Source of the DNA: Candidatus Chazhemtobacterium aquaticus
GTDB taxonomy: Bacteria > Patescibacteriota > Microgenomatia > UBA1400 > Chazhemtobacteraceae
Reading direction: 5' to 3'
Length of the DNA stretch: 64,000 nt
Assembly (NCBI RefSeq): GCF_009936135.1
Contig: NZ_CP047901.1
Location: 344,984 to 408,983 of the forward strand
The stretch's first letter is position 1, and the number at the start of each line of letters is the position of its first letter. The notes under the pieces were generated by a model. It did not search any database. It had not been told where the DNA came from and worked only from the letters and a program-made list of their open reading frames with translations. Made by a program: the position numbers and the translations under genes. Shown piece after piece: positions 39,731 to 49,422 of the stretch.

Positions 39731-40751
39731 TCACTCAGCCTGAGACTGCACGTTGTTGTATGTCACCGCCGACAGATGGGAAATGGTCTGGTTCATTTTG
39801 TTAAGATCTCTTCCTCGCGTCATCACACATATCAAATAGTTGTGCTTCTTAACATACACAATTCCACAGTCATGCAATTGCATTGAATCTCCCAAATTCC
39901 TCTCACCAAATTTATGAGAAATAAGAATATCCTTAGGCAAACCTTTTGGCAAACCCTCTTGATAATCTATCTGAGTCATTAGAGATAATGCCTTTTCTGA
40001 GTATGTTCTGCCTAAATATGAAGAGTTATACAAAATCCTAAAGAAAGAAGAGTACTGAACCACGTCCACCAGCTCTTCTTCTGACATCCCAGCTTGTTTA
40101 ATACCCACCTTTCTCATCAAACTAAATAGACTTTGCTGATCAAGGATCTTGGTAAGCGAAAATAAGGCATTGTTATCAGAGTAAACAATCATCTGAGCTA
40201 TCAAATCACTTACAGAATACAACTGACCTTCAACCATCTCCTTCTTAATCGGAATATTTTGGTAAAAATCACCGTTTTTTAAATATGGAATTTGTTTCTC
40301 CAAAAAACCAGGCTCGCTTGACGCCTGATCATAAAGAGTCATCATTACCGGAACCTTAAGCAAGCTTGCGGGAGTAAATTTCTCCTTCTCATTTATGGCA
40401 AATCAAACCCCGTTATCTAACTCTCTAAAGTAATATGACACATGTGTCATATCTCCTCTTTTTACTCTCTCCCTTATCTCACCCTCAATTTTTGACTGGA
40501 ACGGCGACAAATTGTCAATAATATTTTCCCTTGGCCATGCTGCAATCCAGTAAGGGATTGGTTAGCCCTTCTGAAGATCCTTCAGTTCTTAACTCAAAGT
40601 AATTCCCACCTTCCCGAGATTTATCTTCATATATCTTTACAGCCACTATTGTTGAGAGTAAACCAAGCATGAAGCCAGACACCAACAACGCCAGACTAAA
40701 TAGCGTCCTCTTACTTATACCACTACCCAAAAAAAATCCCTTTTTATCCAT
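39731..40751 (-). pseudogene. fragmented class-A beta-lactamase-fold gene (signal-peptide ORF, frameshifted middle segment, SDN-motif ORF)
   Basis: The 40515-40751 ORF encodes a signal/TM peptide and 39731-40363 encodes the beta-lactamase core with YSDNNA (SDN loop). The intervening ~150 nt reads beta-lactamase-like peptide (DMTHVSYYFRELDNGV) in another frame with stops. Confidence 0.55.
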
Positions 40752-40816
40752 ACCCCCTTATTCAGTCACGAAATAACTCAAGCTAGTATATCAGCTCCAA
40801 AAACTAATAAAAATAA

Positions 40817-40846
40817 TTGACAATCAAGGTACTTTGGCCATATAAT
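40817..40846 (+). promoter_or_regulatory. near-consensus sigma70-type promoter (TTGACA-18-TATAAT) upstream of greA
   Basis: Direct reading: TTGACA at 40817-40822, an 18-nt spacer, and TATAAT at 40841-40846. Confidence 0.55.
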
Positions 40847-40901
40847 ACGCTCCTACATCCGAGAACTGCCCATCTCCAAATTAAAGTTCTCCCAATTTCT
40901 G

Positions 40902-40956
40902 GCTACAAAAAACCAAATCCCTGGCTTTCTGTGGTCAAAATTGACTTTTTTGTAGC
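40902..40956 (+). promoter_or_regulatory. perfect 11-bp inverted repeat (GCTACAAAAAA ... TTTTTTGTAGC) in the ~140-nt greA leader
   Basis: Arms at 40902-40912 and 40946-40956 flank a 33-nt loop. A direct repeat ACAAAAAACCAAAT occurs at 40905 and 40976. Confidence 0.4.
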
Positions 40957-40991
40957 AAGATACTAAATTATCGCAATACAAAAAACCAAAT

Positions 40992-41456
40992 ATGGATAAA
41001 AAACCAATCAAAATTACCGTTCAAGGTCGACAGGCTCTAGAAAAAGAGCTTAAAGTCCTAAAAGATGAGCGTCAACCTCATGTCATTAAAAGAGTCGCTA
41101 CGGCTCGTGAGTTTGGCGATCTTTCTGAAAACGCCGAATACCACGCCGCCCGTGAGGATCTAGCCTGGATTCAAGGACGTATTGAGGAAATCGAACATAT
41201 TCTAGCTCAAGCTGAAGTAGTCAAGGCCAATGGCGACTCTACTGTTTCTCTTGGTCATCAGGTTGTCCTCCTTACGCAAGACGGCCAAGAACAAGAATTT
41301 CACATCGTCGGTGAATGGGAAGCTGATCCCATGGCTCAAAAAATCAGCCACGAATCACCTTTAGGCCAAGCTCTAGTTGGTAAAAAAGTCGGCGAAATCG
41401 CCCAATTCGAAGCTCCAGCCGGTACTATTGCCTACACCATCAAAGCCATCAAATAA
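40992..41456 (+). CDS. greA: transcription elongation factor GreA
   Basis: GDLSENAEYHAAREDLAWIQGRIEEIE and the C-terminal FKBP-like domain. Confidence 0.85.
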   Translation: MDKKPIKITVQGRQALEKELKVLKDERQPHVIKRVATAREFGDLSENAEYHAAREDLAWIQGRIEEIEHILAQAEVVKANGDSTVSLGHQVVLLTQDGQEQEFHIVGEWEADPMAQKISHESPLGQALVGKKVGEIAQFEAPAGTIAYTIKAIK

Positions 41457-41458
41457 CC

Positions 41459-42022
41459 ATGGATCGAGCTCAAGCTCTAGACTTAATTCACTCCTGGACC
41501 ACTAACCCCAATCTAATCAAACACATGCTTGCTGTCGAGGCGCAGCTACGTGCCCTCGCTCGTCATTATAATCAAGACGAAGATCTCTGGGGTCTGGCTG
41601 GCTTACTTCATGACGCGGATTACCAGCTCTTCGCCAATCAGCCTGAAAAACACCCCAGCAAGATCATCGAAGAACTCCAGTCCAAGAACGTTGACTCCCG
41701 TATCATCCAGGCCATCCGTTCCCATGCATGGGGCTGGCAGCCAGGCGCCCCAGAACCCCAATCTCAGCTTGACTGGGCGCTCTATACTAGCGACGAACTC
41801 TCTGGTCTAATTATTGCCTGCGCCCTGGTTCGTCCTGATAAAAAACTCAGCTCTCTTACCCTCGACTCTATTCTTAAAAAGTGGCACACTCAGTCTTTCG
41901 CTGCCGGTGTTCATCGTGACCACATTCTCCTCTGTGAGACAAAACTAGGCATCAAACTCAATGACTACATCACCATCTGTCTTAATGCCCTACAGGACAT
42001 CTCTTCAGACTTGGGGCTTTAG
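41459..42022 (+). CDS. HD-domain phosphohydrolase
   Basis: H...HD motif (KHMLAVEA...GLLHDADY). Confidence 0.65.
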   Translation: MDRAQALDLIHSWTTNPNLIKHMLAVEAQLRALARHYNQDEDLWGLAGLLHDADYQLFANQPEKHPSKIIEELQSKNVDSRIIQAIRSHAWGWQPGAPEPQSQLDWALYTSDELSGLIIACALVRPDKKLSSLTLDSILKKWHTQSFAAGVHRDHILLCETKLGIKLNDYITICLNALQDISSDLGL

Positions 42023-42073
42023 TCCGTGCTAGAATAGCGCTGTTAACTCCATCAAATCGGCTAGAATATATTC

Positions 42074-43357
42074 ATGCTTGATATTCAATACATTCGTGAC
42101 CATCCCAAAACAGTCAGAAGAGCTGTTACCAGCAAAAACCTAAACCCCAAGGTTGTTGATAATCTGCTTGATATTGACCAAAAACGCCGTCAATTAATCG
42201 CTCAAGTTGAAGATCTCCGTTCTCAGCGAAATCAGCTCAATCAACAGCTTAAACAAAAACAAACCCCCAAACTAATCACTCAGTCAAAGTCTCTCAAAAG
42301 TAAACTCCAAGATCTTGAACCTCAACTTAATCAACTTGAAAAGTCCTTCCAGGATCTACTTCTACAGATCCCCAATTTGCCCTTAAAAGACGTTCCTATT
42401 GGCAAAGACTCCTCCGGCAACAAGCAAGTTAAAACCTGGGGTAAAAAACCTACTCTCGATTTTGAACCCAAAAACCACATCGAACTTGGAACCAGTCTCG
42501 GTCTCTTTGATCTAGAGCGGGGTGCCAAAGTTGCTGGCTTCCGCGGCTATTACCTTACTGGTGACGGAGTCCGCCTCAGTCTAGCCATCATGCTTTATGC
42601 CTTAGATAAACTAAGTGGTAAGGGCTTTAATCTCGTAATGCCTCCCATTATTAACCGTCGCTCTGCTTTTATAAACTCAGGCCACTTCCCCTGGGGTGAA
42701 TCAGAAACCTATCGACTGGCTCAAGACGAAACTGATCCAGACAACGACTATTTCCTAGCAGGAACCGCTGAGGTCCCTTTAGTCTCTCTCTATGCCAACG
42801 AGACTTTTTCTGAAAAAGATCTGCCTATAAAAATGGTTGGCTTCTCTCCCTGCTATCGTCGTGAAATCGGCAACTACGGCAAAGACACCAAAGGTATCTT
42901 CCGCGTTCATGAATTTCTCAAGGCCGAGCAAGTCATCATCTGTAAAAACGATCTTGAGGAATCTCTTCAATGGCACGAAAAGCTCCTCTCCTACGCTGAG
43001 GAAATCCTTCAAGATCTAGGTCTCCATTACCGCGTCATGCTTATGTGTACCGGCGACATGGGTGAACCCCAAGCCAAAAAATATGACATCGAAACCTGGA
43101 TGCCTGGACGCCAAGACTACGGTGAAACTGCCTCAGACTCAATCATGACTGACTTTCAGTCTCGCCGAGCCAACATTCGCTATCAGGCTGCTGATGGCAC
43201 TCTCAAATTTGCTCATATGCTCAACAATACCGCCGCCCCCTCTACCAGGCTCCTCATCGCCATTCTCGAAAACTACCAACAAGCAGATGGAACGGTCAAA
43301 GTTCCCGCACCCCTAGTCCCTTATGTTGGTAAAGACTTGCTGCGCCGTGAAGACTAA
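42074..43357 (+). CDS. serS: seryl-tRNA synthetase
   Basis: N-terminal coiled-coil arm, and class II motifs (GFSPCYRREIGNYGKDTKGIFRVHEF; AAPSTRLLIAILENYQ). Confidence 0.85.
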   Translation: MLDIQYIRDHPKTVRRAVTSKNLNPKVVDNLLDIDQKRRQLIAQVEDLRSQRNQLNQQLKQKQTPKLITQSKSLKSKLQDLEPQLNQLEKSFQDLLLQIPNLPLKDVPIGKDSSGNKQVKTWGKKPTLDFEPKNHIELGTSLGLFDLERGAKVAGFRGYYLTGDGVRLSLAIMLYALDKLSGKGFNLVMPPIINRRSAFINSGHFPWGESETYRLAQDETDPDNDYFLAGTAEVPLVSLYANETFSEKDLPIKMVGFSPCYRREIGNYGKDTKGIFRVHEFLKAEQVIICKNDLEESLQWHEKLLSYAEEILQDLGLHYRVMLMCTGDMGEPQAKKYDIETWMPGRQDYGETASDSIMTDFQSRRANIRYQAADGTLKFAHMLNNTAAPSTRLLIAILENYQQADGTVKVPAPLVPYVGKDLLRRED

Positions 43358-44420
43358 GTTATTTTTACTTTTCTCCATCATCATCTTCGTCATCTTTGTT
43401 GGTTACCTTTTCCATTATCGCTCCAACCTCTCACTTCTCTCCCCCCTATTTTCATCCATCAATCCGCCCGACCTAAAACCTAAACTCAGTCTTCGTCTCT
43501 CCATACCCCCAGATCTTGACTACTCCAATCTTTCTACCCCTTCTGGCGTCCCTGAACATATCTCCTACCTCCTCTATCAACCCTTAACCGGTTATGTCTA
43601 TGCTACTCAAAATCCCACCTCAAAACTCGCCCCTGCTTCTTTCACCAAACTAGTCACCACCATGGTCTCTCTTGATGTCGCTCCCGCCCAACATTTACTT
43701 ACTGCCTCACCACAGGCCATTGCCAAAGAACCAACCATTCTCGGTCTCAAAGCAGGGGAGCAGCTTACCATCCTCGAACTAGTCAGAGCCTCGATCTCGA
43801 CCTCCGCCAATGATGCCGCCGCTGTCCTTGCCGAGGGTAGTGCTGCCATATACAACCAACCAATACCATTCTTCATTGACCTCATGAATCAAAAAGCTCA
43901 ACTTATGAACATGAATAATACTCATTTTGCCAACCCAGAAGGCTATGATGATCACAATCAATACTCAACACTTGAAGACCTATACATTCTTGTCCACAAT
44001 GTACAACAAAATTATCCAGATATAGTTCAAGCCGGCCTTTCTGATCGAGATGATCTACAAGCTACCAGCACTCATGGTTTTTATTATCTTCCTAACTGGA
44101 ATACCTTACTTGGTCTTTATCCAGGCGTTAACGGTCTAAAAATCGCCTATACCGGTGATGCTGGCTACTCAACTATCCTTACCTCAACCAGAGCCGACTT
44201 TTCGGTCAACCTCATCTTAACCGGTGCCACCTCTATACAGGAGCGTGACCAAATAGCTGCCAACTTATTAGACTTCGCCTATCAAACCCACGGTTTTAAA
44301 CCCCTCAAACTAACCAACAAAGACTTTCAGACTCGTTACGACCAGTGGCGGGAACTAGCCGACCAAATCAAATCAGAGTTAGCCAATCAGCAAGCCTCCG
44401 CCTCAGCCACTCAACCATGA
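43323..44420 (+). CDS. D-alanyl-D-alanine carboxypeptidase (second low-MW PBP paralogue)
   Basis: SxxK (ASFTKLVT), SxN (STSAND) and a K-x-G-like motif (KIAYTGDAGY). N-terminal TM. Overlaps the serS 3' end. Confidence 0.7.
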   Translation: MLVKTCCAVKTKLFLLFSIIIFVIFVGYLFHYRSNLSLLSPLFSSINPPDLKPKLSLRLSIPPDLDYSNLSTPSGVPEHISYLLYQPLTGYVYATQNPTSKLAPASFTKLVTTMVSLDVAPAQHLLTASPQAIAKEPTILGLKAGEQLTILELVRASISTSANDAAAVLAEGSAAIYNQPIPFFIDLMNQKAQLMNMNNTHFANPEGYDDHNQYSTLEDLYILVHNVQQNYPDIVQAGLSDRDDLQATSTHGFYYLPNWNTLLGLYPGVNGLKIAYTGDAGYSTILTSTRADFSVNLILTGATSIQERDQIAANLLDFAYQTHGFKPLKLTNKDFQTRYDQWRELADQIKSELANQQASASATQP

Positions 44421-45067
44421 ACCTCAAGCAATATCTCATTCCTCAAACCCTCAAGCGATTTCACTCTCAATACAATAACGATATTGAACTAGTCGCCTTC
44501 TCTGGCTCTACCAGGCTTGACATGGGTGGACTTACTCAATCAGGTGAAATCATCGAAAAAATCTGGAAAAAAGCTCTAGACGACCTCCTCCCTCAAGATT
44601 TCTCTCCCCATTCTATCCTCCTTCTTGGTTTTGGAGCTGGCTCAGCCGCTCATCTTGTTTCCCGTCGTTGGCCCAAGGCCCGTATTACTGGTGTTGAACT
44701 TGATCCGGTTGTGATAGACATCGCCCGTAAGCATTTCAAGATCAGCTCAATCCCTCACCTTACTCTCCATAATCAAGATGCTCTTGATTTTGTCAACCAA
44801 CAAGACAGCCAACTCCAGTTTGATCTTACTCTCGTTGATTGTTATCTAGGAGACCAGTTTCCGCTCCAACTAGAATCACTTAAATTCATCAAAAAACTCA
44901 CCCAAATATCACCCTTTGTTATCATCAACCGTCTTTTCTGGGGCAAATACCAACCACTCACCCTTGATTTTCATCACCGCCTCAAGCCTCATTTTGCTAC
45001 CTCAACTACTCGTACCACCTCCAACTACCTCATATCTATTCAAAAACAACGGGGTGTTGGTGACTAA
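44417..45067 (+). CDS. spermidine-synthase-like SAM-dependent methyltransferase-fold protein
   Basis: LLLGFGAGSAAHLV...ITGVELDPVVIDIARKHF matches the SpeE/MTase fold. Start ATG overlaps the upstream stop (ATGA). Confidence 0.55.
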   Translation: MNLKQYLIPQTLKRFHSQYNNDIELVAFSGSTRLDMGGLTQSGEIIEKIWKKALDDLLPQDFSPHSILLLGFGAGSAAHLVSRRWPKARITGVELDPVVIDIARKHFKISSIPHLTLHNQDALDFVNQQDSQLQFDLTLVDCYLGDQFPLQLESLKFIKKLTQISPFVIINRLFWGKYQPLTLDFHHRLKPHFATSTTRTTSNYLISIQKQRGVGD

Positions 45068-45095
45068 CACCCCTGAAATCAAAAACCACAAAACA

Positions 45096-45245
45096 CTACA
45101 GATAGTCTCTATCGCGGCTCAGTGCCTGGACTATTTCTTCATCGGTCACCCCGTATGACTTTGCTAACTGGTAACTAAACCAGTAGCAAATCAAACCGAT
45201 AATCACCAGGCCTATTGGACAGAGCAATGCCAATAATAGTTCCAT
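45096..45245 (-). CDS. possible small membrane protein (49 aa)
   Basis: Sub-threshold ORF MELLLALLCPIGLVIIGLICYWFSY... in the secA upstream gap. Confidence 0.25.
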   Translation of the reverse strand: MELLLALLCPIGLVIIGLICYWFSYQLAKSYGVTDEEIVQALSRDRDYL

Positions 45246-45352
45246 GACTATCTCCTTTCATGGACTATCTTCAGTTTCCAAATTATAAGCTATTTATCCT
45301 TTTAGTTCACCCTTAAACTCCAATTCCGCGGTATAATCAAACCCGTCAACTT

Positions 45353-48028
45353 ATGTTCAACGTCTTTAAAAACCTGCTCGATACCAACCAAAAGGAAATC
45401 GACCGTCTCACCAAGATTGTCGCCAGAATTAACTCGCTTGAGGAACAAGCCCAACAACTCAAATCTGCTGACTTTCCCGCCAGGATTAATAACTTCAAGT
45501 CCCGTCTCTCCAAAGGCGAATCCCTCGACGATCTTCTTCCTGAAGTTTTTGCTCTCGTTCGCGAAGCCTCGGTCCGCACTCTTAAGATGCGCCCCTTCGA
45601 TGTTCAGCTCATGGCCGCCATCGCCTTCCATGAAGGCAAAGTAGCCGAACAAAAAACCGGTGAAGGTAAAACCTTGTCTGCCGCCCCCGCTCTAGTCCTT
45701 AATGCTCTTACTGGCAAAGGCGCTCACCTGGTGACAGTCAACGACTATCTCGCTCGTCGTGACGCTGGTTGGATGGGTCCTTTGTATCACTATCTAGGTC
45801 TTACTGTCGGTGTTATCTACTCCGGCTCTGGTGACTTGCCAGCCGCCATTTATGATCAGGAATACAAAGACCCAGTTCACAAAGACGAGCGTCTCCAACA
45901 TCTCAAACCCTGCCCTAGACCAGAAGCCTATCAAGCTGATATCACCTATGGCACTAACAACGAATTCGGTTTTGATTACCTGCGAGACAACATGGCCCAG
46001 TCTCTTTCGAGCATGACCCAACGGGGTCACCACTTTACCATCGTTGACGAGGTTGACTCCATTCTCATTGACGAAGCTCGCACCCCCCTTATCATTTCCG
46101 CTCCCGATACCGAACCCACCGACAAGTACTACCGCTTTGCCCGTCTCATCAATACTCTTTCTGCCGATACAGACTATGAAATCGATGAAAAGCTTCGTAC
46201 CGCCAACCTTACCGAACTGGGCTTAAAGAAACTCGAGCGCGATCTTAATATCGACAACATCTACGAAAAAGAATTCGACACCGTCCACCACGTCGAACAG
46301 GCACTCAAAGCTCGTACTCTCTTCGAAAAAGACCGCGACTACATTGTCAAAGACGGAGAGATCATCATCGTCGACGAACACACCGGTCGCCTTATGTACG
46401 GACGCCGTTACTCGGACGGTCTCCATCAAGCCATCGAAGCCAAGGAGGGCGTCACCATCCAGCAAGAAAGCAAAACTTTGGCCACCATCTCTCTCCAAAA
46501 CTACTTCCGCATGTATCAAAAACTAGCTGGTATGACCGGTACCGCTGCCACCGAAGCAGATGAATTTAAGAAGATATATAACCTGGATGTTGTCGTCATC
46601 CCCACCAATCGACCTGTTGCCCGTCAAGACTACCCCGACCTAGTCTTCAAAACCACTCGGGCCAAATACGCCGCCATCTTAGCTGATGTCGAACAACGCC
46701 ACCACCAAGGCCAACCCATCCTCATCGGCACCAAATCCATTGAGCAAAACGAAGTCATCTCTAGTCTTTTCAAAAGAAAGAAAATTCCTCATCAAGTTCT
46801 AAATGCCAAGAACCACGAAAATGAAGCCGCCATTATCGCCCAAGCCGGTGCCGTCGGCGCTGTCACTATCGCCACCAACATTGCCGGCCGTGGAGTCGAC
46901 ATTGTCTTGGGCGGCAGTCCTGACGACCTAAAACCAGACCAATGGCAAAAACAACACGACCAGGTTCTCAAATCAGGGGGCCTTCATGTCATTGGAGCTG
47001 TCCGTCACGAGTCTCGCCGTATTGATAACCAACTCCGTGGTCGTTCCGGACGCCAGGGTGACCCAGGCTCGTCCCGCTTCTATGTCTCCCTTGAAGATGA
47101 CATCATGCGCATCTTCGGAGGTGAACAAGTCTCCCGCCTCATGGAGATCTTAAAGGTCCCTGAAGACCAACCTTTAGAAGCCGGTATGGTCAGCAAGGCT
47201 ATCGAGACTGCTCAAAGCAAGGTTGAGTCCTTCTACTTCGATCAACGCAAGAACGTAGTCGAGTACGACGATGTCATGAATCGCCAACGGGAAATCATCT
47301 ACTCCCGTCGTCTTAAAATCCTTGAGGACTCCGAAAAGCAGCCTGAGTCCCTCCGTGCCCGCCTTCAAGCAATTCTTGATGCTCAAATCGACCAACTCAC
47401 TGGTATCCTTGCCCCAGAAGGTATTACCGAGGATGAGACTAATACTTTGCTTCAAAGTTTCCAAAGCTTGATCCCTCTTGACTCAACCTCCCAACAACAA
47501 CTCAAAAGCTATATCAGCTCAACCACTAATCCAGACGAGATCAACACCAGACTCAAAAAAATCATCTCAGACGCCTACAAAGATCGCATCACCAAGCTCG
47601 GTGATGGCATGATGACCCAGATTGAAAAACTCGTCTCTCTTACCACCATCGATCAACTCTGGATGCAACACCTTGACGACTTAACTGACCTGCGAGATGG
47701 TATCGGCCTAAGAGGCTATGCCCAAAAAGATCCTTTAGTTGAATACAAACACGAAGCCTTTGTTATGTTTGAAACCCTTCTCTCTCGCATTGACCTCCAA
47801 ATTGCCCAACGTCTTTTCAGAGTTCAGGTTCGCCAGCAGCCCCCTCCCGATTTTACTCGTCAAGCTATTGCTCACAAAGCCGATGCTCCTGATGCCACCA
47901 GTACCGCACCATCCAAACCCAAATCAACCTCGACTTCATCATCACCTCAAAAACTGGGTCGCAATGATCCCTGTTGGTGTGGCAGTGGCAAGAAATTCAA
48001 GAAATGTCACTATCCCCAGATAAGTTAA
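45353..48028 (+). CDS. secA: preprotein translocase ATPase SecA
   Basis: DEAD-like motor blocks and C-terminal Zn finger CWCGSGKKFKKCH. TATAAT lies ~35 nt upstream. Confidence 0.9.
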   Translation: MFNVFKNLLDTNQKEIDRLTKIVARINSLEEQAQQLKSADFPARINNFKSRLSKGESLDDLLPEVFALVREASVRTLKMRPFDVQLMAAIAFHEGKVAEQKTGEGKTLSAAPALVLNALTGKGAHLVTVNDYLARRDAGWMGPLYHYLGLTVGVIYSGSGDLPAAIYDQEYKDPVHKDERLQHLKPCPRPEAYQADITYGTNNEFGFDYLRDNMAQSLSSMTQRGHHFTIVDEVDSILIDEARTPLIISAPDTEPTDKYYRFARLINTLSADTDYEIDEKLRTANLTELGLKKLERDLNIDNIYEKEFDTVHHVEQALKARTLFEKDRDYIVKDGEIIIVDEHTGRLMYGRRYSDGLHQAIEAKEGVTIQQESKTLATISLQNYFRMYQKLAGMTGTAATEADEFKKIYNLDVVVIPTNRPVARQDYPDLVFKTTRAKYAAILADVEQRHHQGQPILIGTKSIEQNEVISSLFKRKKIPHQVLNAKNHENEAAIIAQAGAVGAVTIATNIAGRGVDIVLGGSPDDLKPDQWQKQHDQVLKSGGLHVIGAVRHESRRIDNQLRGRSGRQGDPGSSRFYVSLEDDIMRIFGGEQVSRLMEILKVPEDQPLEAGMVSKAIETAQSKVESFYFDQRKNVVEYDDVMNRQREIIYSRRLKILEDSEKQPESLRARLQAILDAQIDQLTGILAPEGITEDETNTLLQSFQSLIPLDSTSQQQLKSYISSTTNPDEINTRLKKIISDAYKDRITKLGDGMMTQIEKLVSLTTIDQLWMQHLDDLTDLRDGIGLRGYAQKDPLVEYKHEAFVMFETLLSRIDLQIAQRLFRVQVRQQPPPDFTRQAIAHKADAPDATSTAPSKPKSTSTSSSPQKLGRNDPCWCGSGKKFKKCHYPQIS

Positions 48029-48080
48029 AAGTTTCAATCCAGCAGCCACCTAACCCAGTCTTTACTCGCCAAAAAAACGG

Positions 48081-48473
48081 TCACTCAACAATCTCTATCA
48101 GTTGTCCCCTTAATTTTTCTTTAAAACTCTTCAAATTTTTGTAGTCCTTCCAAACAGACCTCCTTACACCTAACTTTTTAGCATCTTTGTTGTATTTAGG
48201 CACTGATGAGATTGAAACGATTTTATCTTTATCAAAATAATCCAGATTGACAACATGAAATGATCCTCCCAAAAAACAATCCCGATCAAGCAGTAGAACA
48301 TCAAATCTAATCTGTGGATTCTTGTTTACATACTCCTCAACCTCAACGTAATCAGACAATATCGAAACAGAAAAACAAACCTCCTTCTCGTTCTCGATCT
48401 CCCTTAGCAACTGCAAGATATTCTTATTTGTCTCCAGATCATCCTCAAGAACAAGTACTCTAATATTTCTCAT
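48081..48473 (-). CDS. stand-alone receiver (REC/CheY-like) domain protein
   Basis: Acidic pocket VLVLEDD, putative phospho-Asp in DVLLLD, conserved Ser (ISSVP) and Lys. No output domain. AT-rich. Confidence 0.6.
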   Translation of the reverse strand: MRNIRVLVLEDDLETNKNILQLLREIENEKEVCFSVSILSDYVEVEEYVNKNPQIRFDVLLLDRDCFLGGSFHVVNLDYFDKDKIVSISSVPKYNKDAKKLGVRRSVWKDYKNLKSFKEKLRGQLIEIVE

Positions 48474-48481
48474 TGATAGTT

Positions 48482-49207
48482 TTATATTTTGTTTTTGTTT
48501 CTATCTTCTGATACCGAAAACCCCTCTACAATACTTACAAACATTTTTTCCATATCATAATAATCCTGGTAATAATCGATAAAAGCTTCATACTCACGCT
48601 CAGTTTTTGTGTGTATATAAATAGGTAAAAGCGACTTTGTTGCAATGACCGACCAGAAATCTGGTTCCAAAACTATGTCATTAATGCAATTAGGGTTATG
48701 ATTGTGCTCAAATAATTTGTTTCGAGTTTCCGAAAATTTGCCTCCCAGCACATTGTCAAATTCGATATCGAGTGATTTGAATAAATCCACAACTTTCTTC
48801 CCAGACATATACATCTGCATTAAGTGTGATGTTGCCAAATCACCATACAAGATTACTTCCTTATTATTCTTTCCTGAGCTCTCTATCGATGCAACTTTAT
48901 TTATTCGTAGACCAACAAAGCTGGCAAAAAATGACCTCATTGTGTCGTACAGAAGCCTGTATTTTTGTCTCTCTTCGGACCAGTCAGTCCCGAATTGATT
49001 GAATTTTGATTGCCAGTGGGTTTCAAGTCTATCAGTAAACGACACAGGATTTCCCTGGTCGTGCAGGAATCGGTCAACATTAAGTTTCTCACCACAAACA
49101 ACACCTTCATGCTGATGACACTCAATCCATTTAACCGTGGTTTTTGAAAATAACCACTCTAATTGATCTTGAATTGACGAAATCGATGATTTCTTATTCT
49201 TTCCCAT
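48482..49207 (-). CDS. hypothetical protein (241 aa) with a possible Rx5H motif
   Basis: No family recognised. Contains ETRNKLFEHNHNP. Lies 8 nt upstream of the REC gene in the AT-rich islet. Confidence 0.45.
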   Translation of the reverse strand: MGKNKKSSISSIQDQLEWLFSKTTVKWIECHQHEGVVCGEKLNVDRFLHDQGNPVSFTDRLETHWQSKFNQFGTDWSEERQKYRLLYDTMRSFFASFVGLRINKVASIESSGKNNKEVILYGDLATSHLMQMYMSGKKVVDLFKSLDIEFDNVLGGKFSETRNKLFEHNHNPNCINDIVLEPDFWSVIATKSLLPIYIHTKTEREYEAFIDYYQDYYDMEKMFVSIVEGFSVSEDRNKNKI

Positions 49208-49365
49208 ATAGTTTTTCTAGGACAGATTTTGTCTTGTCTTCATAAATCTTGACAAGCTTCTTACTTGCATTTACTAACTCCCGCTCTACCTCAACTTTTT
49301 GCAACAATTTGTTTTTGGATTTCAAGAGGTGGAAGAAAAATTTGAATTGTTTTTGATCGGGACAT
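49195..49365 (-). pseudogene. remnant of a type I restriction-modification specificity subunit (HsdS) conserved region
   Basis: A 56-aa peptide MSRSKTIQIFLPPLEIQKQIVAKVEVERELVNASKKLVKIYEDKTKSVLEKL carries the HsdS LPPLxEQxxIVxxL...KxxLL signature. It is out of frame with neighbours and has no TRD. Confidence 0.45.
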
Positions 49366-49422
49366 ACTTTGACTTATATCAGCAATTATATCCTGGGTAT
49401 ATACCACATATCGCACTTTGTC

